A stretch of 52,228 bases of DNA from Actinomycetota bacterium (GTDB lineage Bacteria; Actinomycetota; Actinomycetes; S36-B12; UBA5976): the NCBI GenBank assembly GCA_005789325.1, contig SXYE01000052.1, positions 1 to 52,228 on the forward strand. Direction: 5' to 3'. The notes beneath the pieces were generated by a model. It had not been told where the DNA came from and did not search any database. It saw nothing but the letters and a program-made list of their open reading frames with translations. Positions 37,791-48,165 of the stretch are shown piece after piece; the stretch's first letter is position 1; every line of letters begins with the position of its first letter. Position numbers and translations under genes: made by a program.

Positions 37791-39191
37791 ATGAGTAAAG
37801 AAATCACCCTGGCTCGTTTACAAACCTTGATCAAGGCCTATGACGTCAGAGGCATTGTTCCGCAAGAATTTGATGAAAATATTTCCAATCTAATTGGACA
37901 AGCTTTTGTGGTTGCTTTAAAGCTAAGAAAAATTGATGGTGGATGTGGGCAAGTAGTAATCGCTCATGACATGAGACCAAGTGGTCCATTACTTGTGGAA
38001 AGTTTTGCTCGCGGGGTAAGAAAACAAGGTGTTGATGTTTTACACATGGGTCTTGCCTCAACTGATGGTTTGTATTTTGCAACAGGGCTATTAAATATTG
38101 CTGGGGCAATGTTTACGGCCAGTCATAACCCTGCTGAATATAACGGAATTAAATTAGCTAAACCTGGTGCTGCTCCAGTAGGTCAAGATTCTGGGTTAAA
38201 AGAAATCACTTCACTTGTCTTAAATGGAATACCAGAATTTAATGGCGAAGAAGGCAAAGAAACTTCAAGAGATTTGAATTCAGAATATGTAAAATATCTT
38301 CATTCACTAGTTGATTTAAAATCTGCTCGAAAACTAAAAGTTGTGATAGATGCTGGAAACGGTATGGGTGGATTTAGTGTTCCAAAAGTTTTTAATGACT
38401 CAAATTTTGAAATAGTGCCCATGTATTTTGAACTTGATGGATCATTTCCTAATCATGAAGCAAATCCCATAGAACCGGCAAATTTAGTTGATTTACAAAA
38501 AAGAGTTCTTGTTGAAAAAGCAGATATAGGAATTGCTTTTGATGGGGACGCTGATCGCGCATTCTTTATTGACGAACAAGGGCAAAGTATTACCCCAAGT
38601 GCGATAACTGCATTAATTGCAAAAAGAGAACTTAAGCGAGAATCAGGCGCCACTATTATTCATAACTTAATAACTTCTAGAAGTGTTGCGGAAGTAGTTC
38701 AGGAAAATGGCGGGAAAGCCATTAAAACAAGAGTGGGACATTCCTTTATCAAACAAGTGATGAAAGATACAAATGCAATTTTTGGGGGAGAGCATTCCGG
38801 GCATTTTTATTTTAGAGATTTTTGGTTTGCAGATAGTGGAATGTTGGCAGCACTTCACGTGCTAGCGGCATTAGGAGAAACTAGTTCAGATACTTCTTTT
38901 TCCTCTTTGATAAAAGAATTTGATCGCTATGTTGCCAGTGGTGAAATTAATACTCGAGTAAAAGATGTTGCCGCTACTTCTAAAAAAGTAAAAGAACACT
39001 TTGCTGGAATTGAAGGTGTCCAAATTGATGATTTAGATGGCCTAACATTTGCTAGTGGGACCTGGTGGGTGAATATTCGCCCAAGTAACACCGAGCCTTT
39101 GCTTCGATTAAACGCAGAAGCAAGAGAGCGTGCAACAATGGAAAAAGTAAGAGATGAAGCTTTGGCAATCATTCGAAAGGATGCACAATGA
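37791..39191 (+). CDS. manB: phosphomannomutase/phosphoglucomutase
   Basis: Active-site TASHNPAEYNGIKL, Mg loop FDGDADR, GEHSGH. 466 aa. Confidence 0.9.
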   Translation: MSKEITLARLQTLIKAYDVRGIVPQEFDENISNLIGQAFVVALKLRKIDGGCGQVVIAHDMRPSGPLLVESFARGVRKQGVDVLHMGLASTDGLYFATGLLNIAGAMFTASHNPAEYNGIKLAKPGAAPVGQDSGLKEITSLVLNGIPEFNGEEGKETSRDLNSEYVKYLHSLVDLKSARKLKVVIDAGNGMGGFSVPKVFNDSNFEIVPMYFELDGSFPNHEANPIEPANLVDLQKRVLVEKADIGIAFDGDADRAFFIDEQGQSITPSAITALIAKRELKRESGATIIHNLITSRSVAEVVQENGGKAIKTRVGHSFIKQVMKDTNAIFGGEHSGHFYFRDFWFADSGMLAALHVLAALGETSSDTSFSSLIKEFDRYVASGEINTRVKDVAATSKKVKEHFAGIEGVQIDDLDGLTFASGTWWVNIRPSNTEPLLRLNAEARERATMEKVRDEALAIIRKDAQ

Positions 39192-39382
39192 GTTCTGTGA
39201 TCAAACCTGAGTTACTTGAAATATTGGCTTGTCCTTGCGATAAACATGCCGATGTGAGTGTTTCAAGTGATGACACAAAAATTGTTTGTTCAAGTTGTGC
39301 CACAACTTTTCCAATTAAAGATGGAATTCCAGTTATGTTGCTAGATGAAGCAACTCCTGGCCCTCGCGGCATTGGCGGCTAA
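39188..39382 (+). CDS. Trm112-family small zinc-ribbon-like protein
   Basis: LEILACPCDKH ... CSSCATTFPIKDGIPVMLLDEA. ATGA overlap with the manB stop. Confidence 0.7.
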   Translation: MSSVIKPELLEILACPCDKHADVSVSSDDTKIVCSSCATTFPIKDGIPVMLLDEATPGPRGIGG

Positions 39383-39391
39383 CTTTTTTAA

Positions 39392-40465
39392 ATGAGTGAC
39401 AACTCGATACTTGTAATTAAAGGTGCACTAAAAGATTATGCCTGGGGCAAAGTTAATGGATTGCAAAACTGGGTGGCAAAGACTGACCAACCTCAAGCTG
39501 AACTTTGGTTTGGGGATCATCCTTCAGGTAAATCGATAAATAAAAAAACAAATAAAGAATTAAGTACTAATGCAAATTTTCCATTACTAATAAAGTTACT
39601 TTGCGCAAACGAACCCTTATCAATACAAGTTCATCCTGATAAACAAACGGCTGAATCAGGAATGAGCGATTTTGCAGACAGTGAAAAAATACTTTCAGAT
39701 GATAACGGCAAAGATGAAATGCTGTTTGCTTTAGAAGAATTTCAAGCATTTGCTGGAGTAGAAAGCAAAGCTAAACGAGATGTTGTATTTAAGATGCTTT
39801 TTGAAAAGACAAATGCAAAAGAATTAAAAGAAGTTTTAGCCACAGACACATTCTTTGACGCTGCAGATATTATCTTTGAAATAGATAAAACAAAAATTAG
39901 TCAAATCAATAAAGAAGTAGTCGATTGCGTCAAGAAAGCTAATTACCCTGCTAAGGCAATTAGTACTTTTGAAAAGATTGTTATCAAATACCCGAATGAT
40001 CCAGGGGTATTAGTTTGTTTACTTATGCAATTTCATGTTCTAGAAAAGGGGCATGCAATTCATGTTTCACCAGGAACCCCACATTCCTATGTCCAAGGTT
40101 TAGCAGTGGAAGTTATGACCACATCTGACAATGTTTTGAGAATGGGTCTGACAAATAAATATGTAAATATTGATGCGGCTTTAAGTTTGGTGGAGGAAAA
40201 GCAGATTCAGGTGCTTTCTTTGCCCACAAATGATGGCGTACACGTTTATAAACCCGAATCTGATTTTGAGTTAGTAGCTGTTGATAACGCCACGTATCAA
40301 TCTCGTGATACCAAATTTGTAGGAGTTTTGAATTTAGAAGGGGAGACAAAAATTGTGGATGGCTCAACTGAAATCTCGCTTGAAAAGGGTGAGGTAGCAC
40401 TAATCAGCAATATTGATGTAAAAGTTGTGGTTACAGGTCATGCCGTAGTTGCTAGAACTGTTTAA
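39392..40465 (+). CDS. manA: mannose-6-phosphate isomerase, class I
   Basis: YAWGK, LSIQVHPDK, PGTPHSYVQGLAVEVMTTSDNVLRMGLTNKYV. Confidence 0.85.
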   Translation: MSDNSILVIKGALKDYAWGKVNGLQNWVAKTDQPQAELWFGDHPSGKSINKKTNKELSTNANFPLLIKLLCANEPLSIQVHPDKQTAESGMSDFADSEKILSDDNGKDEMLFALEEFQAFAGVESKAKRDVVFKMLFEKTNAKELKEVLATDTFFDAADIIFEIDKTKISQINKEVVDCVKKANYPAKAISTFEKIVIKYPNDPGVLVCLLMQFHVLEKGHAIHVSPGTPHSYVQGLAVEVMTTSDNVLRMGLTNKYVNIDAALSLVEEKQIQVLSLPTNDGVHVYKPESDFELVAVDNATYQSRDTKFVGVLNLEGETKIVDGSTEISLEKGEVALISNIDVKVVVTGHAVVARTV

Positions 40466-40520
40466 TCTGGCACAATTGCTTTTAGTTTGATTCATACTAA
40501 ATCTCAGGGGTAAATAAAAA

Positions 40521-41990
40521 GTGTCTGACTTTTCAATGACTGTTGATCGTTCTGGAAATCTTGATTACAAAGTAGCCGATCTTTCTTTAGCTGATTTTGG
40601 CCGTAAAGAAATTCAATTGGCAGAACATGAAATGCCAGGTTTGATGGCAATGCGAAAAGAGTTCGGTGCCTCAAAGCCACTTAAAGGTGCACGCATAACT
40701 GGTTCATTGCACATGACTATTCAAACAGCAGTTTTGATTGAAACCCTTGTTGAATTAGGTGCTGATGTTCGTTGGGCATCTTGCAATATTTTTTCTACCC
40801 AAGATCACGCAGCAGCAGCTGTAGTAGTTGGTCCTAAAGGAACAATTGAAAAACCAAATGGAGTTCCTGTTTTTGCTTGGAAAGGTGAATCACTTGAAGA
40901 ATATTGGTGGTGCACTGAACAAATCTTGAAGTGGACTGATGGTGAAGGCCCAAACATGATTCTTGATGATGGTGGAGACGCCACACTACTTGTTCATAAA
41001 GGTGTTGAATTTGAAAAAACTGGTGATCAACCAGAACCAGAGAAAGCGGATAGTGAAGAATTTTCTGTTGTTCTTAAGTTAATTCAAAAAACGTTAAAAG
41101 AAAATCCAAGATTGTGGACTGATATTGCAAATAACATTAAAGGTGTAACCGAGGAAACCACAACTGGTGTTCATCGTTTATATGAAATGTTTAAATCAAA
41201 TCAATTACTTTTCCCAGCAATTAACGTAAATGATGCTGTGACAAAAAGTAAGTTTGATAATAAGTACGGAACCCGTCATTCTCTAATTGATGGATTAAAT
41301 CGTGCGACAGATGTTTTGATCGGTGGAAAAGTAGCAGTTGTTTGTGGTTATGGCGATGTGGGTAAAGGAACTGCTGAGTCATTACGAGGACAACGAGCCA
41401 GGGTAATCATTACTGAAATTGATCCAATTTGTGCGCTACAAGCTGCAATGGATGGGTATGAAGTGAACACTTTGGAAAACACTTTGTCTTATGCAGACAT
41501 AATTATCACTGCAACAGGTTGCAAGAACGTAATTACAGTTGACCAAATGTCAAGAATGAAAGATAAAGCAATTGTTGGAAACGTTGGACATTTTGACAAC
41601 GAGATTGACATGGCTGGTTTGGCCAATAGTAAAAGTGCTCGAAGAGTAAATATCAAACCTCAGGTTGATGAATGGATCTTTGATGAAAAGAAATCAATCA
41701 TTATCTTGAGTGAGGGAAGACTTCTTAACTTAGGAAATGCCACAGGTCACCCATCATTTGTGATGAGTAATTCATTTACTAACCAGGTACTTGCTCAAAT
41801 TGAATTGTTCACTAAAACTGAACAATATCCAGTTGGGGTTTACACACTTCCTAAAGAGTTAGACGAAAAAGTGGCTCGTTTGCACTTGGATGCCTTGGGT
41901 GCAAAATTAACAGAATTAACAAAAGATCAAGCAAATTATCTGGGCGTAGATCAAAATGGGCCATACAAGCCCGATCACTACCGCTACTGA
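40521..41990 (+). CDS. ahcY: adenosylhomocysteinase
   Basis: 489 aa. [40 protein letters not shown] motif, GHFDNEID, and a C-terminal YRY. Confidence 0.97.
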   Translation: MSDFSMTVDRSGNLDYKVADLSLADFGRKEIQLAEHEMPGLMAMRKEFGASKPLKGARITGSLHMTIQTAVLIETLVELGADVRWASCNIFSTQDHAAAAVVVGPKGTIEKPNGVPVFAWKGESLEEYWWCTEQILKWTDGEGPNMILDDGGDATLLVHKGVEFEKTGDQPEPEKADSEEFSVVLKLIQKTLKENPRLWTDIANNIKGVTEETTTGVHRLYEMFKSNQLLFPAINVNDAVTKSKFDNKYGTRHSLIDGLNRATDVLIGGKVAVVCGYGDVGKGTAESLRGQRARVIITEIDPICALQAAMDGYEVNTLENTLSYADIIITATGCKNVITVDQMSRMKDKAIVGNVGHFDNEIDMAGLANSKSARRVNIKPQVDEWIFDEKKSIIILSEGRLLNLGNATGHPSFVMSNSFTNQVLAQIELFTKTEQYPVGVYTLPKELDEKVARLHLDALGAKLTELTKDQANYLGVDQNGPYKPDHYRY

Positions 41991-42030
41991 TTAGCTTCTT
42001 TATTTAAGTCAGTAGCAAGATTTTCTTTTC
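41983..42030 (+). terminator. candidate ahcY terminator spanning both convergent stop codons and lying inside the minus-strand CDS
   Basis: GCTACTGA(41983-90) pairs with TCAGTAGC(42009-16) across an 18-nt loop, followed by AAGATTTTCTTTTC. Confidence 0.35.
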
Positions 42031-42916
42031 TAATTCTTAAATCTGTGTAAAGCAACGTTGTAAATGTTGCTACGAATGGCAGCATAAATGTGTATCCAAT
42101 TACTGAACCCATGGTTGACATAAATACTGAAGAAGTTGTTGGGTCTTGATCTGCACCTGTTTGGGCAAAAAGAGCAAATGGTGTGGAAACAACTATTGAA
42201 ATGGCTTGGCTAGTAATAATTCCCATTATTCCTATTCCAAATATTCTCAAAATATTTCCTTTAGCTAAGTAGAAAGAACGCTTAAGTGCACCTTTTAATG
42301 TTGTATCTTCTAGCACTAAGGTTGGCACAATCACATATAAACTGATCCACACATAAATTCCGCCCACTAAACCAATTCCTAGTCCAACAAATACAAGTAA
42401 ATTACTAATCCCAGTTAAGGCAACTCCAATTGAGGAACCGGCAACGATTGCAAGAATTGGAAAAAGAAACGATATTAAAGAGACAACAATAATTCTTCCC
42501 AATTGAGGTTTAGTTTTTGTCCATGACTGAGCAGCATTAATCTTTTTACCTATGATCGCATTACCAATTATGTGGGTAAACATTCCTGCAGAAATAGTTT
42601 GAACAACAAATAGCACAAGAGTTGTTACGACTGCAATTCTTAAAGTTGGGCCAAGAGCAGTTAGTAGCTCTTCCAATTGTTCTTGATTAAGAGTTGAAGA
42701 AGGATTTGGAATCTGTGGAAGTTCTAAACTTTCACCATTTCTGACAAAAAGTGCTGAGGCCATAACTGTGGCAATTCCGACAATAAATCCAGAAAATAAA
42801 CCGATTCCCAATAATGTTTTAGGCATTCTTCTAAGGCTGTTGAGTGAACCACTCAAAATTTCACCTAGGGTTAATTTCGTTAGGGGAATCAAATTTGAGC
42901 CAGGACCTTGAGTCAT
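41984..42916 (-). CDS. polytopic membrane protein of unknown function
   Basis: About 6-7 TM. The N-terminus [19 protein letters not shown] resembles actinobacterial membrane proteins of unknown function. The ATG at 42916 has GGAGG 5 nt upstream. The ORF is open to 42967, which would overlap the mtrA ATG. Confidence 0.5.
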   Translation of the reverse strand: MTQGPGSNLIPLTKLTLGEILSGSLNSLRRMPKTLLGIGLFSGFIVGIATVMASALFVRNGESLELPQIPNPSSTLNQEQLEELLTALGPTLRIAVVTTLVLFVVQTISAGMFTHIIGNAIIGKKINAAQSWTKTKPQLGRIIVVSLISFLFPILAIVAGSSIGVALTGISNLLVFVGLGIGLVGGIYVWISLYVIVPTLVLEDTTLKGALKRSFYLAKGNILRIFGIGIMGIITSQAISIVVSTPFALFAQTGADQDPTTSSVFMSTMGSVIGYTFMLPFVATFTTLLYTDLRIRKENLATDLNKEANQ

Positions 42917-42965
42917 AACTACCTCCACTTTGATTTTGTCATAGATGAGGTGACAACATTGCATC

Positions 42966-43634
42966 ATGGCTCGCGTATTAGTAGTCGATGATGATCAGGC
43001 TCTATCTGAAATGTTGGGAATTGTTTTAAGAGCCGAGGGCTACGAAGCACTCTTTTGCGAAGATGGCTCAAAAGCTCAAGCTATTTTCCGGGAAACTAAA
43101 CCAGATTTGATTCTGCTAGATCTTATGTTGCCTGGGATTGATGGTATTGAAGTTTGTAAACAAATTAGGTCCGAGTCCGGAGTACCAATTGTCATGCTAA
43201 CTGCTAAAGGAGACACACTCGACATCGTTAAAGGCTTGGAATCTGGTGCCGATGATTACATTGTTAAACCTTTTAAACCAAAAGAACTTGTGGCAAGAAT
43301 AAAAGCAAGATTAAGAAAAGATGATCTTAAGGCCGAGCAATTAACCTTAGCTGATTTAACAATTGATGTTATAGGTCATAGTGTTAAAAGAAACGGTAAA
43401 GATATTTTGTTAACACCGTTAGAGTTTGATTTGTTACTCGCTTTAGCAAGAAAACCTTGGCAAGTTTATACACGTGAACAACTTCTAACTGAAGTTTGGC
43501 ATTACAGAAATCCTGCTGACACAAGACTAGTTAACGTTCACGTTCAAAGATTGAGATCCAAAGTAGAACATGATCCAGAAAATCCACAAATTGTGATGAC
43601 CGTTAGAGGCGTTGGGTATAAGGCTGGTCCGTGA
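42966..43634 (+). CDS. mtrA: OmpR-family response regulator MtrA
   Basis: RVLVVDDD, DLILLDLMLPGIDG (acceptor Asp present), winged helix TVRGVGYK. Followed by mtrB and lpqB. Confidence 0.9.
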   Translation: MARVLVVDDDQALSEMLGIVLRAEGYEALFCEDGSKAQAIFRETKPDLILLDLMLPGIDGIEVCKQIRSESGVPIVMLTAKGDTLDIVKGLESGADDYIVKPFKPKELVARIKARLRKDDLKAEQLTLADLTIDVIGHSVKRNGKDILLTPLEFDLLLALARKPWQVYTREQLLTEVWHYRNPADTRLVNVHVQRLRSKVEHDPENPQIVMTVRGVGYKAGP

Positions 43635-45247
43635 AGTTTTTTTACCAATTTAAACAATCTTGGAATAAATCTTTAAGCTTAAGAATTATTTCAACAACAT
43701 TTATTGTATCAACGGTACTTGTGACCATAATTGGACTTGTTCTTATAAATAGAGTTTCCACAGGAATTCTTTCTGCCAAGGAATCTTCATCTTTAACAGA
43801 AGCGTCTTCAGCAATAAATGAAGCACAAAAAGTAGTTACAGCAACAGATACTGGTGCAGGTGAACCCACACTTTCTGTAGTTGTTGACACTGCCGTGACC
43901 GCACTTGCTGTAAGAGCTGGCCAATCAGGTCTTTATGACGTTTTGTTTTTAGCGTCATCAGAAATTTCTAAACAAGGATTACCTGAAAGAGGAACAAATT
44001 TAGTTTCAGAAAATAGTGTTAGCAATGAATTGAAATCCAGAGTTGAGCAAACAGACAAATTACTTTGGGCTTACACAGAGATTAAATATCTAGATGGAAG
44101 AAATGTTCCCGGTCTTGTTGTGGGTGCGCCTATACAGATCAACAATGTAGGAACGTATTCACTATTTTTGTTATTTCCCTTGGATAAAGAAGAAGAAACA
44201 ATTGGCATTATTCGTTCAGCAGTATTGGCAACAGGTATCTTCTTAATCTTTGGTCTATTAATTTTGGTTTGGTATTTAACAAGATCCGTGCTGGCACCTG
44301 TTAGAAAGACAGCAAATGCTGCTGAAAAACTTCGTATGGGTCTGTTAAATGAGCGAGTTCCAGTAAGTGGAGAAGATGATTTAGCAATACTTGCAGGTTC
44401 ATTCAACTCAATGGCTGCATCAATCCAACAACAAATTGGTCAGTTAGAACAGATGTCTCGCCTACAAAAAAGATTTGTATCAGATGTATCTCATGAACTT
44501 AGAACTCCACTGACAACAGTTCGAATGGCTGCCGACGTTTTGTATGAATCTCGAGACCAATACACAGGAGAAACAGCTCGAGCAGCAGAATTACTTAGCA
44601 CTCAAATCGAGAGATTTGAAATTCTGTTATCACAACTGTTAGAAATAAGTAGATTTGATGCTGGGGTAGCCGATTTAAGTCTGACAAGCATCAACATAAA
44701 GGATTTAATTGAAAAGACTGCTGATTCTTTATCAAATCTTTTAGCAAAACAAGAGACTCCAGTTGTTATAACTGGGACTGCTCCCAACATCGATCTTGAT
44801 CAACGAAGAATTGAAAGAGTTTTACGCAATCTAATTTCAAATGCGTCAGAGTATGGCGAAGGAAAACCAATTGAGGTTGAAATTGGAAGTGATGATGATG
44901 CAATAGCGGTCGTTGTTAAAGATAAAGGTGCTGGATTAAAACCAGGAGAATCTTCACTAGTTTTTAACAGATTTTGGAGAGCAGATCCAGCTAGGGCAAG
45001 AACAACTGGTGGCACAGGACTTGGTTTAGCAATTGCACTTGAAGATGCAAGGTTGCATTCAGGTTGGCTCGACGCCTGGGGAGCACCAGGTAAAGGAACA
45101 ATGTTCAGGTTAACTCTGCCAAGAAATCCAGAGAAGTCATTAGCAAAGTCACCTCTTTCTATTGGTGTTGGCGATGATGAAAAACTCGAATTAGACATGA
45201 CTGCTCTTCAAGAATTACTTATGTCAGAACAGAAAAAAAATCAATGA
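43631..45247 (+). CDS. mtrB: sensor histidine kinase MtrB
   Basis: GTGA overlap with mtrA. Two TM helices, a HAMP region, the H-box SHELRTPLT, and N/G boxes (NLISNASEYG, GTGLGLAI). Confidence 0.9.
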   Translation: MKFFYQFKQSWNKSLSLRIISTTFIVSTVLVTIIGLVLINRVSTGILSAKESSSLTEASSAINEAQKVVTATDTGAGEPTLSVVVDTAVTALAVRAGQSGLYDVLFLASSEISKQGLPERGTNLVSENSVSNELKSRVEQTDKLLWAYTEIKYLDGRNVPGLVVGAPIQINNVGTYSLFLLFPLDKEEETIGIIRSAVLATGIFLIFGLLILVWYLTRSVLAPVRKTANAAEKLRMGLLNERVPVSGEDDLAILAGSFNSMAASIQQQIGQLEQMSRLQKRFVSDVSHELRTPLTTVRMAADVLYESRDQYTGETARAAELLSTQIERFEILLSQLLEISRFDAGVADLSLTSINIKDLIEKTADSLSNLLAKQETPVVITGTAPNIDLDQRRIERVLRNLISNASEYGEGKPIEVEIGSDDDAIAVVVKDKGAGLKPGESSLVFNRFWRADPARARTTGGTGLGLAIALEDARLHSGWLDAWGAPGKGTMFRLTLPRNPEKSLAKSPLSIGVGDDEKLELDMTALQELLMSEQKKNQ

Positions 45248-46914
45248 TAAAAAAATATCTTTTACTTTTTCTAGCCTTAGTGGTAGTCGGATGTGGATCG
45301 ATCCCACAACAGAGTTCAATAAAAGAAGGCGCAAATCTCGGAGCTGTATCTGTTGGTTCAATTGTTCGAGTTATTGCAAGTAGCCCAGAGCCAGGAATGT
45401 CACCAGAAGAAATTGTTTCTGGATTCTTAAACGCTTCAGCATCAAGTGATAATGATTTTAAAATTGCCCGGGAGTATTTGATTCCCGATTTGCAAAATAT
45501 TTGGCAGCCAACTCAAGAAATTAATGTTTATGAAGGTCAGGGAAGATTAAACACTTTACAAGAAAACACAGTTGTTTTCTCAGCTCCGCTATATGCGACC
45601 ATTGATAGTAAATCAAGATTGACTTTGAGTGAACCTAATGCGCAATTAACTCAAGAATTTAATCTAATTCAGGTTAATAATGAGTGGAGAATTAATTTAA
45701 AAAATGACAATTTATTGATTTCTAAAGTTGACTTGAACAGAAGTTTTACTTCCTATCCTTTGTGGTTTCCTGATAGTTCACTAAAAACTCTTGTTCCCGA
45801 TCATGTGGTATTACCAAAATCAATGACAGGCAATGCCACAAGACTTATGCAGTTGTTGTTGGGCGGACCTGGGGAAAACTTAATGGGTGGCGTTAATACC
45901 GCTTTCCCAATTGGAACAACACTTGCTATTAATTCAGTTCCAGTAAGTAGTGGATTGGCCACCGTTTCGCTAAACGAAGCTGCTTTAGGGGCAGAGCCGT
46001 TTATGCGAGAACTTATCTCGGCCCAGATTGTTAAAACTCTTTCAAGTGTTCAAGAAATAAGTGCGGTAAGAATAAATGTTGGCAGCCAACCATTAATTGT
46101 TCCAAACACTCCAATTCGTCAGAATATTTCCTTGTGGGATAAGTTCTCCCCAGATTTTGGAAGAACAAATGACGCTTTAGCAATTGCTGATGGAAAAATA
46201 GTCAGATTAGCTCCCGACTTAGTCGAACCAATTACAAATCCATATTTTAATTCTGAAAATTGGTTTGCAGCAGTTGAAAATCGAGAAAAAAATGTTTTAG
46301 CTGGTGTGAATGTAGATCGAACAAGACTTGTTGTTGAAACCGCAAATATGAATGGGGTTAAAAGATCATCAGTAAGCGGTCAAGGATTAAGAGTGCCTAA
46401 AACCGATGTCTACGGAGCAGTATGGGTAACTGGGATTAACCAAGTATCAGTCATTCAAAATAACAAATTACTTAATGTTTCAATATCTGAAGTTGATAAA
46501 CAAAATATAATTGACGTGATCCCATCACCTGATGGAGTTCGCGTCGCAATAATTTTGAATACAGTTTATGGTTCGGAATTAAGACTTGGAACCATTGTTC
46601 GGGATGAACAAAGTATTCAAATAAACTTTTTGAGAAAAGTTTTAAGAGATGGTTTTTCTGTAAATAACGCAACTTGGCAGGATGAAATTACATTGCTCTA
46701 TTTGGACAGCTCAGTGGATCCGGCAAATATCTATGCGGTTGACACATTCACAGGGTTATCAAAAATTCTTTACTCTCAAAGTGGAGCAACTAATATTGCC
46801 GGTGTGACAAAAAAACCTTTACTTCTGACTTTGGTCACAGACATTGTTCTTGAAAGAGTGAGCGGTAATTGGATCGAGCGAGGCGAATTAATAAACGCTA
46901 CCTACCCAGGGTAA
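45244..46914 (+). CDS. lpqB: lipoprotein LpqB (MtrAB accessory)
   Basis: ATGA overlap with mtrB. Lipobox VVGCGS. 556 aa. Conserved third gene of the mtrAB-lpqB operon. Confidence 0.85.
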   Translation: MIKKYLLLFLALVVVGCGSIPQQSSIKEGANLGAVSVGSIVRVIASSPEPGMSPEEIVSGFLNASASSDNDFKIAREYLIPDLQNIWQPTQEINVYEGQGRLNTLQENTVVFSAPLYATIDSKSRLTLSEPNAQLTQEFNLIQVNNEWRINLKNDNLLISKVDLNRSFTSYPLWFPDSSLKTLVPDHVVLPKSMTGNATRLMQLLLGGPGENLMGGVNTAFPIGTTLAINSVPVSSGLATVSLNEAALGAEPFMRELISAQIVKTLSSVQEISAVRINVGSQPLIVPNTPIRQNISLWDKFSPDFGRTNDALAIADGKIVRLAPDLVEPITNPYFNSENWFAAVENREKNVLAGVNVDRTRLVVETANMNGVKRSSVSGQGLRVPKTDVYGAVWVTGINQVSVIQNNKLLNVSISEVDKQNIIDVIPSPDGVRVAIILNTVYGSELRLGTIVRDEQSIQINFLRKVLRDGFSVNNATWQDEITLLYLDSSVDPANIYAVDTFTGLSKILYSQSGATNIAGVTKKPLLLTLVTDIVLERVSGNWIERGELINATYPG

Positions 46915-46991
46915 TTAACCACAGTTAGAAGTTTTCCACAGTTTAGGAAATTTCGGTGGGGTAGATTCATTTGATTCGTCACACTTTATGA

Positions 46992-47627
46992 ATGAATAGT
47001 AAAAGCTTCATAAAAGACTTTACAGATCTAATTAGCCAAAAGTATTGCTTTTATTGTGGAAAAATCGAAGAAGTAATTTGCGCAAAATGTATCATGCTTC
47101 AAATTAATAATCCAAAAATGCATTTTATAGATAATATTCCTGTTTTATCGTTAATGAAAAATGATCACATAGTTACGGGTTTAATTGTTGCATACAAAGA
47201 TCAAGGTGTTTCTACTCTAAAAGAACCATTTGCACGTATTTTGTCATTTGGTTTAAAGCATTATTCAAAACACAAAAATATGAGAGTTGTAAACGTCCCA
47301 AGCTCTGCAAAAGCAATTCAAAAAAGAGGCTTAGATCCGATAGGTTTGATGACTGAGACAGCTTGTGAGCTTTCAGGCAAAAGATTCAAATTTGATAAGG
47401 ATTTATTGGTAAGTAACAAAAGTAGAAAAGATCAAGCTGATCTAAATTTCAAAGAACGCAAACTAAATATGCAAAATGCTTTTAAAGCCAATCATTTTGA
47501 AGAAAAACCTGTTTTGATAATTGATGATTTAACAACTACTGGTTCATCACTTCTTTCCAGCATCACCGCATTGAAACAAAGCAATATCAAGGTTGAAGCT
47601 TGTGTCGTTTTGGTTTCTGGTGACTAA
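46992..47627 (+). CDS. ComF-family phosphoribosyltransferase-domain protein
   Basis: N-terminal Cys pairs CFYCGK...CAKC and PRT motif VLIIDDLTTTGSS. Confidence 0.75.
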   Translation: MNSKSFIKDFTDLISQKYCFYCGKIEEVICAKCIMLQINNPKMHFIDNIPVLSLMKNDHIVTGLIVAYKDQGVSTLKEPFARILSFGLKHYSKHKNMRVVNVPSSAKAIQKRGLDPIGLMTETACELSGKRFKFDKDLLVSNKSRKDQADLNFKERKLNMQNAFKANHFEEKPVLIIDDLTTTGSSLLSSITALKQSNIKVEACVVLVSGD

Positions 47628-47708
47628 ATCCTGATTCTTTGTGTTGGCCTTGAATTAACTTCGTCTTAGGGCATTAAGGTGGAAGTAAGGCACTTTCAAA
47701 AAAAGTGA

Positions 47709-48083
47709 GTGAGGTCCATCGTGGAAATTGTTATTCATGGCAGGCACGCAGATATCGAGGACACTTTCAAAAACCACGTCTTAAAGCAAAGTTCTCGACT
47801 TGAAAAATTTGGAGTAAAGATTGCTTTGCTAGATGTTGAGGTGACACATCGGGAAAATAAAAGACAGAAAAAAGTTGAATTTCAGGTTGACTTAATTGCT
47901 AAAGGAGCGGGCACCAATCTTCGTTCACAGGCCGAAGGTTCCGATATGAATTTATGTTTGGATCATGCGATTAAGCGGTTAGAGGAACAATTGCGTCGAA
48001 CTGCCGATAGACGAAGATTCCACCGCCATCGGGAGGATTCTGTTTTATCTGCTGCTGATGTGAGCAAACTAAAGGGAATATAG
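47709..48083 (+). CDS. hpf: ribosome hibernation-promoting factor, short form (N-terminal S30AE domain only)
   Basis: VEIVIHGRHADIEDTFKNHV...FQVDLIA...LCLDHAIKRLEEQLRR is the HPF/RaiA fold pattern. The likely true start is the GTG at 47721. Only about 25 basic residues follow the domain. Confidence 0.8.
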   Translation: MRSIVEIVIHGRHADIEDTFKNHVLKQSSRLEKFGVKIALLDVEVTHRENKRQKKVEFQVDLIAKGAGTNLRSQAEGSDMNLCLDHAIKRLEEQLRRTADRRRFHRHREDSVLSAADVSKLKGI

Positions 48084-48165
48084 GACTTTAATTTAGTGGC
48101 GCAAAGCAATTGCGTAACATAGGTAATGGCTTATTTCGTTGACGAGACATTAGAGGATATTAATC

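Noticed and set aside
40466-40520. SAH riboswitch upstream of ahcY
   Set aside because: The gap is only 55 nt, A+T-rich, and has no GC-rich pseudoknot-forming segments. It is too short for the known motif.
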